Below are positions 37,101 to 48,026 of a stretch of DNA of 64,000 nt, in pieces; position 1 is the first letter of the stretch, and every line of letters starts with the position of its first letter. Made by a program: the position numbers and the translations under genes. The notes below the pieces were generated by a model. It was not told the origin of the DNA and made no database searches. It was given only the letters and a program-made list of their open reading frames with translations. The stretch comes from Zygnema circumcarinatum SAG 698-1b. Its lineage: Eukaryota; Plantae; Zygnematophyceae. The stretch is taken from NCBI GenBank assembly GCA_037447605.1, contig CM074808.1:2108001-2172000 (forward strand). Direction: 5' to 3'.

Positions 37101-38337
37101 ATGCTTCTGTCCAATGTGCTTTCAGATCAGCAAAAAATGATTGACTTTACTGCTCAGCAAGTAAAGCACGGCATAGTAGACATTTGTGCTGCCAACATCT
37201 CTATAGGGAACGTTCATGAAAAAATGCTAGATGCCAAGGTGTGACTATAGAACCTGTCAGTAACCCATGTCACTTGTACATGAAGAAACCCTTTCCCATG
37301 GAAACCTTGACGAACAGGGACAATGGTTGATAGACTATAGATAGGAATGGATATCCGTCATTGTCAGCATACTGATACAGGCATTTGTAACAGTTCTGAA
37401 ACTGAACACATTCTGAATTTTCTGAATTGCCAGTAAGCGAGTTACAGATTCAAAGGCACCTCTTGGAAGGCAAATGTCTTTGACGGCGGCACAATCTGCA
37501 CAACTACAGATGAGAGGAATTTACGTGGACTTCGATGTCGCTCTGATGGTTTGACTTCAATCATTTTTGGGCCAGAGATGCAGCTGAGGCGCGAAACGAG
37601 GTTTTTGAAACGAGGAGCATAAGTTTGTAAATTGAGCAGCTCCAAACTGTCACAAACATAGCTGTTTTTGAAGGATAATGAGTACTTTATGAGATTTGGC
37701 TTAAGATGTACAACAATTGCCCATCTTTACATTTTCACTTAATACTTTTCGGCAACTAGTTACTGGTCACGAGCACACCAAATATACCGACATAATCTAC
37801 ACGTCAATGGCTGGACCAAATCTTAGAAAACAACGTTCTGTTTGTTTACAATTGCTTGCATCTTGTGCGAAGCATCAGAAATGTGTATGGAATATAATCA
37901 GCGTGTCCTCAGTCGAGCTGTTGGCTCTGCAGATTTTGGCAGCTTCTTCAACAATCCAATCAGATTTTGTTTGTTGACACGCCAATTGTTGGCCTCTACG
38001 ATTTGTTGCAATCTGTCGTCTTGCCATGTCGCCATTCGTGCTCTTGACCATTTGTGCCATCTTAAACCGGCAGCCTCAGAGCCTGTGAATAAAAAACTCG
38101 CTCACATCGTGCAGCATGCAGAGCAAGAGCCCTACCGAAGTGGTTGAGCTCCTGCAAGCACACGATGTCGGCCTCTGCCCTCAGCAAGGCGGCTATGACC
38201 CGGGGCCCGCGCTGCTCCCACAGAAGGCAGTCCAGCGGGACGCGAATGAAGTCTCCTCGCTGGGCCAGACCATCTGCTAGCACGTTCCACTGCAGCACTC
38301 GCAGGTTGCCTGCGTGAGAGGAGATGCAGGGCGCCAT
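34194..38337 (-). CDS. Nocturnin-like EEP (CCR4 superfamily) phosphatase, multi-exon
   Basis: Exons encode LRVLQWNVLADGL...DIVCLQELNHF, FFPELQQRGYSGLFHPKKCSP, DGCAIFYN, VATTHLK, PIILCGDLNSEP, EPPFTSWKFR and DYIWW...IGPNGLPSEEFPSDHLQLVCDF. These are the EEP catalytic motifs with a nocturnin-type C-terminus. Some internal exon borders were not resolved. Confidence 0.85.
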
Positions 38338-39482
38338 GTCCGCCCTGAGCAGAGCTGGTTTACAGCTGCCTCCTGCTCGCCCAATATGAGGGGGAGAGGG
38401 AGGGAGGCGGCTAGTGGAACCCAACGCTTAATGTTAGTGTTTATAGTTAGTATGAATTAGCATGTTTTTGTTGGCCTCACATTGCAACGACTGGTTACCA
38501 AGTGTCAACTACCGTAACTAATAACCAACGAACTAACGAACTAGTCGTTGGGAAAGCAAAAGGTGTGTCATAGGATCCGCTGACTGAGGGCCAAAAGTGC
38601 CAACTGGGACCATGAACTGTGTCGAATTCCTCGACCCCCTGAAATTCCTAAGCTTTCTTCAGAATGTTCTTTTAGAATTTCGGAATTTCAGATTTTTTTT
38701 GTGCTCTTCCAGTCCACATTTCGTTTGCCTTGAGCCAAAAAACCACAAATGCGACAAATGCACCGCGTGTTGAGAGCATGCGTGTGCGGACACCGATCAC
38801 AAGGCGCTGCTGGTTTGCTACTTGCAACTCCCTCGATGTGACACCAAGTCACCCAAAGGCTCACATCCAATCAGCGCAATTACTGGGAGGAGATATTGCT
38901 TCTGCATTACAACAGCCCGCTCCGTTGTTGGAGCCTCTTCTGAAATTCCAGGGGACATAAATAGTGGCATTGCAGCCTGGGCATTTTTAGCTCCTCAAAT
39001 CGACGAATCTGACACTTGATGCAGGCATTCACCTACTTCTTCCACCCCACAAACACGGTTTGTTGCTGAATTCTCTCCCGAACATAGCAGCAAAAAATAC
39101 GCTACTTCATGCAGCGTAGCTAGTTCAAAAATCACCTCTTTGCTCCACTAATCTAACGTGAATAGCTGCTTTTTTTGCAGCAGCACCATTCAAGTAATGA
39201 TATTTCAATATTCGAATTGGCTTCTGGACGGCCTGCAATATAGCGGTACACCGGTCATGTCGCCAAAGCTGCCTAAGTACAAGCTCATTCTCCGTAAGAA
39301 ATGGACTAATCCCAAGACTACGATGACTGAGTTCCTTTATTGGTTAAATCACCCTCCTCGAGGTTATGTACAATCAACCACTGAAGGGTCGAACGAATCA
39401 CCGAAAAAAATATTGGCAGTTGAGCGGACGCCAAGTTCCCTTTGCAGAAAGAGGAAAAAGGCAGAAAAGGAGAGGCTTCAAA

Positions 39483-41118
39483 TCACTTGTTTAACCTCTG
39501 TTCGTAGAAGCCTGTAATTTGGTCAGCCACAGCCCAAACAATAGCCTGTCCTGGAGGTATCCGCATGAGGCGAGGCAGCAGGCCCTTCCAGAGGGCCAGC
39601 ACGCCCTCTTCAGAAGCGATCCGAGCTATTGCATGCACCATCCCTCGGTAACGCAGCTCCATGCCCGGCTGCCTTTCCTGGGCCATCAGCCTCGTCTTCA
39701 CGACGTCAAATGGCCCTGTTGCAACGGGACCTGCGCATGTGTACATGATCCATCCGAATCCCACCATGAGGAGCCGAGTTTCTCACAGTCACACATGCTG
39801 CGGCACAGAACGGTATACACATGTAGCAGGTCGGTGGAGGAAATGCCAGAGCGAGGAGCAGTTTGCGGTGTCCTGCTCTCGAACTCCATTTTACAGGGAG
39901 AGTGAACAGACGTTACCTGCTGTGCCTGCCAAAAACCCGGACAGCATTGACTGCCATGGCTGTAGCGTATTCCCGTCGCCCTCCACCTTCCTCCACAAAT
40001 ACGTGTCGATCAGGTTCTTGGTGGAAAACATGACGGCTTGATTGGTCCCATTTCGACATACTGTTGGGAGGGCCCCTGCCCAGAGTCCGAGGACGCCCTC
40101 ACCCCTCAATATGGTAGCAGCACAATTGATGGGCCCTTTATATCGCAACTGTTCCGGGGCGAGGCCCTTCTGTTGCTGCAGCCTAATCTTTACCACCTGA
40201 AATGAACAAGGGTAAAACAGACTTTACTCACTCATTGCTCAGAATTCCCTAATTTTCTAATCATCGATAACACCAGTGTTGTGTCAACGATTCAGGACAA
40301 ATTCTTCAGACAGTCCAGAAAAAGGCTTTGGTCGCGACCGATCGTTTTTACAACCGCACACATTCAAGATTGTTTTTGTAAAATTTCTTTATGCTTCTCA
40401 GGCGCTCGTCTCCAGCACATGGAGTTCATCATTAGTTTTTCTGAATCCCTTCAGCCCTGTCGCAACACTTATTCCCAAGGCCCTCCTACCATTTTCATTT
40501 TTTGAACATACGGCAAACACTCTTACAAAGCCACCCGGCAGCAATGCTGCTTGGTTTCCAAAGTTTCATAGAAAAATAAACCCCATTAAGTTGCCGTTTA
40601 TGTCCAACTCGCTTCTACCTGGTGCTTGCACTCACCCCACAACTTTGCACAACCTTCATGAGCCAAAATCACGACGCCAGTGGAGAAGTGCTCCCAGGGC
40701 GCTGAAATGCCCCCGAGACGCTCACCTCGAATGGAGTGACGATCACCAGAGCTTCAACAACTCCTGCTCCAAACCCTGCTACCAGGCGCTGGCCCTGACC
40801 GAGCTGGCCCGTCTCTTTGTTTCGCAATGCAGTCTGAAACACGGCGTTCGTTCCCATCCGCAGGGCATACTTGAGCGTCAGATGTGTGGCAAAGGGGGTG
40901 AGCCCTTTCCACAGAGCCGCCGCACCTTCTTCCCTCAATATGGTCCGCCCGCAGTCCATGATGCCCTTGTACTGCTGCGCGCGGTCCAGCTGCAGCCGCG
41001 TCTTGATCACATCAATAGGCTGCAGGCAGGCTGCCTCTACGAGGCCGCCCAGGGACCCTGAAACCGCCTTCAAGGCCGGAGGGCTCACCTTCTTCCTCTC
41101 CTGCTCCCCACCCGCCAT
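39483..41118 (-). CDS. SFC1: Mitochondrial succinate-fumarate carrier, 3 exons
   Basis: Three carrier repeats with PX(D/E)XXK motifs (QPIDVIKTRLQ, TPFEVVKIRLQ, GPFDVVKTRLM), plus the SFC1-type motifs KGLTPFATHLTLKYALRMG, RNGTNQA and LMRIPPGQAIVW. Confidence 0.92.
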
Positions 41119-41697
41119 GTTCTCCGTTCAACCCTAATGTCCCTCCAAACCCTAAAAACTTCCAAATGCGAAAACGTCTACGGCCTGCACCAATTTAGTC
41201 CCGATCAGTCGCTCCTGCTTTCCGGAGACGCGTGCAGTGAACCTGCAGAGCGCGCAGTGGCGTAGGGCCGAGCCCTCTGAGCTTCTGCAGCCACCAGCCA
41301 GCATGCCCCTGCCGCGGCTATGGCGGCCCGCCCTCCGCCTCAGAGGCGGCGCCATGCCTCTGCTCCTCCCTTTCATTGCGCGGCGCCGCCTCCCGGGGAG
41401 AGGTCAGCCGCGCGCGCAGGCTGCCACGTGGCGCGCTCCGTCAGCCGCGCCGAGTCGGCGGGCCTTGGCGGCGCTGCGCGCGACACGTGGCAGCATGGAA
41501 CGGGGAAAAGGGGCTGCTTAGCGTAGGTTCTGACTGGACGGCCGACTGGGCCGCATGGAAACGGCGGCTCGGTTGAGCGGTTGCGATCTGGTCGGCGGAA
41601 TTTGACGGCGACACGACCGAGCGAGCGAGGGTACAAAGGGGATGTGCCCGTACACAAGTACGGATGGACTTCGCTGTAAAGTACTGTACTCTACAGT

Positions 41698-41840
41698 CCC
41701 TAAAACCCTGCAGACCCTAAACCCTACAGGCCCTAAACCCTACAGACCCTAAACACCCGAGACCCTAAAACCCCACACCCTAAACCCTACAGACCCTAAA
41801 CGCTACCGACCCTAAAACCCTACAGACTTTAAAACCCTCA
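41698..41840. repeat. Degenerate interstitial telomere-like array, about 9 units of 16-17 bp (CCCTAAA(A)CCCTACAGA), C-rich on the plus strand
   Basis: ccctaaaaccctgcagaccctaaaccctacaggccctaaaccctacagaccctaaa... Confidence 0.9.
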
Positions 41841-41879
41841 ACTATAGCTCCGTATTATACACTTTTAGGTTCGATACAA

Positions 41880-41911
41880 TGTATAATACAGTATTAATAC
41901 TGTATTATACA
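41880..41911. repeat. Perfect 32-bp AT-rich palindrome
   Basis: tgtataatacagtattaatactgtattataca is self-complementary. Related GTATTATAC/GTATAATAC modules recur at about 42155-42230. Confidence 0.92.
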
Positions 41912-42242
41912 CTGTATAATACCTTAACGCAACTGTTAACAGCCGTACAATCGGAACATAGATATGTACGGAAATTATGTACGGAAGGGGTGTACCAGCA
42001 TGTACGGACCAAGTCACACGTGTTGAGTGTTTGGCACGTGACGTGACTTGGCAAGTGCTGGAACTTCAATATTATAATCAATCTTTGTTCAACTAAGCAC
42101 GAAAATAAAATAAATACGTTAAATACATTTAAAATACACTGTATTTTTAAATGTTGTATAATACGCATGTATTATACAGTGTATTAATACACAGACACAG
42201 ACACACGCACGTATTAATACACCAAAAGGAGGAAACTTTCAT

Positions 42243-42385
42243 TGAACTCGCGATGGCGAGGCCATCAAATGTACATGGACAAAGGCAAAATGTGGAACCA
42301 CGAAGGACTGGTCACAAAGGACCAAAACACAATAACACGAAGCTAGGAGCGGAAAACTACGCCTAGGCACAACAACGCAGCCCTA
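42243..42385 (+). repeat. 143-bp dispersed repeat, copy 1 (MARPSNVHGQ block)
   Basis: Ungapped match to 53553-53695, with 18 mismatches counted by eye (about 87% identity). Confidence 0.93.
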
Positions 42386-42438
42386 GAAGCAGCCGCGAAG
42401 GTCACCAATATGAGGCATGTCGCGAGGAGGGAGCGGCG

Positions 42439-42448
42439 NNNNNNNNNN
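42439..42448. other. Assembly gap (10 N)
   Basis: Run of n. Confidence 1.
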
Positions 42449-42450
42449 AG

Positions 42451-43231
42451 ATGATGACCAAATTGATAGCAATGATTCCTGAAAAGAGTGAGGTGAGGGA
42501 TACCACGGGCATCATCACAAGAGGCTTCACCGGCAAGCAGGAAGATGCAGAAGCCTGGCTGAGACATCTTGAGGAGAAGGCAGCGCAAGCAGACCTGAAG
42601 GAAGACCAGTGGATCAAGCTTGCCCTTGGAGCGCTGGAAGGCGAGGCAGTCAACTGGAAGCTGTCCCGAAACTGGCACAAAGCAGATGTCGTCGCCACCC
42701 TGACAAGGGACACATTCAAGCAAGCTTTCAAACAACGTTGGATTTCAGATCCGATCACGGTGCTAGACCGACTTCGCTACATAGAATGCAATAGTGATGA
42801 GCGGCTGTTTGAATTCACTGAGCGCTTTGTGCGCATGGCAAATACGATCGAGAACTTGCCTGACTTTTCCGAAGTGCTCCAGTGGTTCCGCAAGGCCATC
42901 AGCGAGAAGGATCTCCACCTGGATCGTGAGCTGCGCGACAACCCACCAGCAGATGCCCAGGCCTTGTTAGAAAGGGCAGAGCGAATTCAGAAGGATCAAG
43001 AGAGAGGCAATCGACATGTACGACCACATTACATGAACGCTACCGATCCAAGACAAGATCGAATCTACCAGCAGTTCCTGAAGACACAGAATCAACAGTT
43101 GTTCGATCCCTACGCTACATCTACTCGGAACAAGCCTTCCTTCTCCGGCGTCACTGCTCAGGACGTCCGGGCAGCCCCTATGGTGCAGCCTCTGGCTATA
43201 GCCAGCGCGAGCAAGCCCCTTCCCCTTTCCC
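42451..43231 (+). mobile_element. Ty3/gypsy-type (Retrotrans_gag-like) capsid ORF fragment without pol or LTRs
   Basis: FTGKQEDAEAWLRHLE...WIKLALGALEGEAVNW...TRDTFKQAFKQRW...RLRYIECNSDERLFEFTERF...VLQWFRKAI...PADAQALLERAERI follows the capsid helical pattern. The fragment is bounded on both sides by N gaps. Confidence 0.75.
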
Positions 43232-43241
43232 NNNNNNNNNN
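43232..43241. other. Assembly gap (10 N)
   Basis: Run of n. Confidence 1.
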
Positions 43242-43791
43242 AGGGGAAGAGAGCCCCCAAGGAAGGGCTCTTTGCGCATCGAGTCCAGCCGCCGGTGGGA
43301 ACGTCTTCAGAATCCCTACGTCTTCCGCTGCGCGTACCTCTGAATCCCCCGGATCCTGGCTCTATGCTGCAGGCAGACCCACAGCACCACCCCAACCCTA
43401 CGTCAGTTTCAGCACGGACGCGCGGGTGGCCGTACAGCACCTGCAACTAGCTCAGCAGTCTTCTCTTAACCCCACTTATCTTGTGCTACAGGACGCACTC
43501 CTCAGGGCGGTAAATACGAGGACCCCGGACTGTAGTAAGAAGCCTTCGTACGGCGCCGCTGGGGGCGACAGCCGACAGTAGAGCCACGACAAGAAAATCG
43601 CACGCGGCAATCCAACGGTCACGACGCTGCGAGGCAAACCGTGGCGCATCCAACGGCCGGTCACTCAATCTCTCGCACGCGGTAATCCAACGGCCGATGT
43701 GCGCCGGATGGGCGACGATTGACACATCCAGCGGTAGATCGCCAACTGCGAGGATGCCGTACTGTAGCCGAAAACCATGAAGCAGGAGCGT

Positions 43792-43900
43792 GGGGTTAGG
43801 ACTCAGATTAGGGTTAACGTGAGGGTTGGCCAGAGAGTGAAGGGTAAGGTCAGGGTTTAGGGTTAGGGTTAGGGTTAGGGTTAGGGTCAGGGTTCAGGTT
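43792..43900. repeat. Interstitial telomere-like array, G-rich on the plus strand (TTTAGGG + 4 x TTAGGG core at about 43851-43894, degenerate flanks)
   Basis: cagggtttagggttagggttagggttagggttagggtcagggtt. Confidence 0.92.
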
Positions 43901-43943
43901 GCCGTGATAAAAAAGAGGTGCTTGCCATCTGGTAGGTGCTTGC

Positions 43944-46564
43944 ATGGGGGACAGCATGGAGGGAGCAGGGACAGGCGCTCTCATTTTAACTGGGGGAGCT
44001 TTGGAGGCGTCGGGAGCCATGGCGGGCCCTGAAGCCTTCCGCCTGCTGTGCAGAACGTGAGTTGGTCGTCGTTTGGGATGGATGATTGTGAGAATAAGCG
44101 GTCGTGCTGTTTCTTCTTGGGAATTGATACTGCGAAGAAATTGGGGAGTGATTGTGAGAGGATAACGAGCTTGTAAAGTGCATTGTATTGTCTAGTTCAT
44201 GATTCGTTTGAGGTTCCGAAGTGGGAAGGAAATTTAAGTCTCCCATTAGTCCTTGTACAGTAGACCCCCAAAAAGTTATTCCCCAAAAATTAAGAGTCAT
44301 TTAAATTTGTGAGCCCATCTTGGGCCAGTGAGACAAGGCTATCACAGGTCGACCATTGGATAGGAAACTATGGCTAACCATTTAGCTGTCCAATGTTTCC
44401 GACCATTGGCGATGCAACTCTCATGTTGGAACTATTTGAATGGTTGGCAACCATTGAATTCAATGATTCCAGCCATTGCTAATGGTTGGCTGGTCCAAAA
44501 GTTGCCAAACACAGCTATTGAGCTGTGCAGCTACAGATGACGTGCTTGCACCTATTAATACGGTGTCTTTTAGCCTGGGTTGAAAGCTGCTGATGGACTG
44601 CAAGGTGGGCCTTGGACAGGTGCGGAAAGCAGTATGCCAAGTATACCTGCCCTCGCTGTAATGCTCGCTCGTGTTCTCTCGTCTGCTATAAGGTGACTTC
44701 TCTCCAACCCGACAAGAACATTGCCTATTGCTGCCTGTGCTGAACATATCACTCACCAGGTTGTTGATGACCATTGCGGTCACATTTGACGAGAAGGATG
44801 AGAGACTGATGGTTACGGTTTGATCTTTGCCATGGGGAAAAAGTGTTGCAGAGCCACAGCAGCAGCTGCACAGAGGGCTTTTATCGGGAGAGCCTCGTAA
44901 GGGAGCTGCAGGGCATGAGGAGCTCTGGAGAGGACAGGCAGCGCATGCTTGCCACCCTTCAGCGGTTGCACTTGCAAGACGAGGAAGGGGCTGCTGAAGA
45001 ACTCCTCTTTGACGCCAGCGATGACGTTGAGAGTGAAGGTGATTGGCTGCGTATCACTATCAGCTTGTGTACTCTGTGATAGGGCGACCGATTGAGTATG
45101 TTTCTTGCAGGCATTGGTACCTTTCCCCGTCGTCTCCCTCATTTTTTGTGACTAGTCCCCTTGTTCCTTGGCATTTGCTTACATACTTTCGTGTTTTTGT
45201 TGAGTTCAGCGGAAGGCGACGACACGACCGTTGCAGGACTTTCAGCTGAAACCGTTGCCAAGGTGTTGGCAGGTGAGTTACGATGAGACAAAAAGTGGCC
45301 GAATTTGCCTTATAATTCAGAAAGTCATAACTACCTGCGAGTTGATGATGCTTTATGGACTCTCAACCATGCGTATTGCCTTCGTGTGCATATGGCCAAA
45401 TGTATGCCCAACTTAGGCCACCTACGACAGCAAGAAGCTAGATTCAACTTCCTAGTGAAGAGAAGCCAGCCAAGTCAACTCAGTGGTGCTTATAATGAGC
45501 CCAGGACTTGCGTGTTTTTGGTCCAACAGGGAACGACTTGCTGCACACATGCTTTCACATTTGACGTGCATAACAATTTCGGTTTCTTTTCGTGCGCAGG
45601 CGAAAAAGAGCTGTCTCTAGAGGATTTGACGGCCGATGAACGTAAAGCACTGCGGAGAGCAGCAGTGACTGGAGAGCTAAGCCGCCTTGTGGATATCTGG
45701 CAGCCATGGTGGACCTTGCCTGGTGCAGCCTCGCTCTCCCTGAGTGGGAGGGGAATGGGCTTGGTGGAGGAGCAGACAGAAGATGCCGAAAGTGGGGCTG
45801 AGGCATCCTCGTTTCCACTACCGCCTGCAGCTGACCTTCCACCATTGACGAGTTTATCACAGGGCACGCCGTCACCGCTGTTGAGCATCCATTTGATGGA
45901 CATTCTCTATGCTTACTGTTTCACCCTTCGGCTCTACAATGGCGAATGGACCAGTGAACCAGCAGGGGCTGCTACTGCACTTTCAGGAGTATCTCCAGTG
46001 TTGGGCTGCTCAGCCACCCCTGAGACTGTGGATGAAGCTTTGTCGGAGTGTTTACAGCGAGTCTGCTCTCCAGAATGGCGCGATTGTGGAGGTGCGGAGT
46101 ACGGTGTTTCTCTAATGAGTGATGTGACCACGGTCATGGGTTTGGGGCGACCCAGTGTTGTGCGAGCCTTGGCGGACATGCAGAGAATGGTGCAGGCGGC
46201 GATGTCAGTCGGCTTTGAGAACGTGAAGACGTCACAAGTTGCTTCGGGCAAAGCGGTCTCTGCAGCAGGTGGCAAAAACGACCCTAAAAAGAGCAAACAC
46301 AATGGCAGTCGCAACAGTCGGCGGCTCCAGCTTATGAGCTACAAGCTGCAGTACTTCTTATCTTGGGCCAATGAGCAGCCACCAAACGTTTATACTGCAA
46401 GCGCAGCCCTTGTGCGGGCTGTCCACCAGAAGCATATGGAACAGTTGACTGAACAGACAACTGTTGCAGGGACAACGGCAGCAAGTGTAGGCAGCTCGCA
46501 CAGACCAGCGCTGCCAAGCAGACGTGCAAATCAACCGTCCATAATAGAGTTGCCTGAGCAATAA
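43944..46564 (+). CDS. Zinc finger HIT-domain protein (ZNHIT2-like), about 5 exons
   Basis: Exon 1 (to 44056) spliced to 44620-44692 and 44852 onward gives LCRTCGKQYAKYTCPRCNARSCSLVCYKSHSSSCTEGFYRE (zf-HIT). The last exon has PWW...DILYAYCFTLRLYNGEW...KKLQYFLSW-like motifs. The start could be ATG 43944, 43956 or a downstream in-frame ATG. Confidence 0.85.
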
Positions 46565-46863
46565 AGGGATCGCATTTCACTTTGGTGTTTGCCAAAAAAT
46601 GTATTTCTGAGTTTTGAAGTGATTCCCGGCCAAAAACATTGATGAAAATGAATTGCATGATGCTGGAGATAGCAACGCTTCGCCTCGAGCCCTTCGATTA
46701 CTCGTTTGCCTCAAAACTCTCATAATTAATTTGCAGGAAAAATCAACGGTACAAGGCGAACCAGTCCACAGGATCCTTGCATAGCTGGGAAGAAGTATAG
46801 ATTCGGAACTCTAACCATGAGCAGCGAGAAATTGCATTTAAGCTCAGCTGCTTGCACCTCAAC

Positions 46864-47995
46864 TCAACTCACCTCAACTCCGACTTGCTCTGCGAGGATC
46901 ACTCCGGCCATGGCATCCAAGTCGTGCGGAAAGAATACTCTGCCCAAATACCAGCCAGGGCAATAAGGGGCATTTAATCCTCACATCAGCCAATGCTCCT
47001 GCCCTCATCAAACGCCAACAGGCACCATAAGCAAAAACCCCTTCCAAAAACTTGCTCACCTGCAGGTTGTTTCATATATGCTGCGAGCGAATCCTGGAAC
47101 ATCTGTGATTCCTCTATGCCCAGTCACAACCTCCATCACCTGCCTGCAGCAGGCGCCCAAGAAGCCCAAATTGTCATCAACTTTCCCGAGCGTAGTCGAG
47201 ATCTCTCCCCAAGACATTTTGACGAGTTATGAGGTAAAGGTTACTGCTATGCCTGTGCGATGGCTTACACCTCATTCGCACATGTGAAGGGAGCCCACCG
47301 GATGTGACAAGGCTCGTTGCGATTCTTCACGGTTGCCTCAAAGTCATGCTTCTCCTTCTTCTTGGAAGGCCAAGATGACGTCACATGGCCAATCCCGGCA
47401 TGGGTTGAACGAATGTCGCAATAAGGCGAGTCAGTCTCCAACATGAGCCGGTCCACGGGTATCCCCGCCATTACTGATAAATTCTCCTCTGTCTTCAGGG
47501 AGCAGCCGTTTATTCCTGAAACCAAGCAAAGCCATAGTCCTAATCAGACTATTGGCAATCAGGTTATTGAGAGACTCGCTCATGTTTTCCTTGACTTGAG
47601 AATTAGATGAAGCATAGAAAAGAAAATGCTGCCAGCACATAAAGACAATTATGTGCAGATTTCAAAGGCCGACGTACAACGGCGCACCAACCTATGAAGA
47701 GCTCTGGAAAGGCCAACACTTTATCGCGGTCTTCTGCTGACCCCGTGAATGAATGAACCACTCCTGCCTTGAACCTGGCCATGATTTTCCCTGCCTACAA
47801 TTTGGCTCATCTATTCACCACTGTCTGTGCTATAAACTACTCACTACTAGATAAATAGCAGAGCTTACACAGAAATGAACTGCGTACACGTGCGCATCTG
47901 TACATGCAATGAAGTTCACAGCTAACACCGAGTAGGATATGCTGTTCTGAAGGACATACCCACACACATATATATATATGCAGGACATGAAGGGC

Positions 47996-48026
<31 letters not shown>

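Noticed and set aside
38639-38691. 10-bp inverted repeat ctgaaattcc / ggaatttcag upstream of the nocturnin-like gene
   Set aside because: Too short, with no TSD or second copy to support a MITE.
42253-43581. Single continuous ORF from the MARPS block through gag to 43581
   Set aside because: Frame continuity depends on arbitrary 10-N gaps, copy 1 has an in-frame TAG, and the post-gap peptide shows no zinc knuckle or protease motif.
41698-43900. True chromosome ends or a fusion point
   Set aside because: The arrays are short and degenerate, and intact genes lie within 50-600 bp on both sides. A head-to-head fusion would show the opposite polarity with no 2-kb interior.
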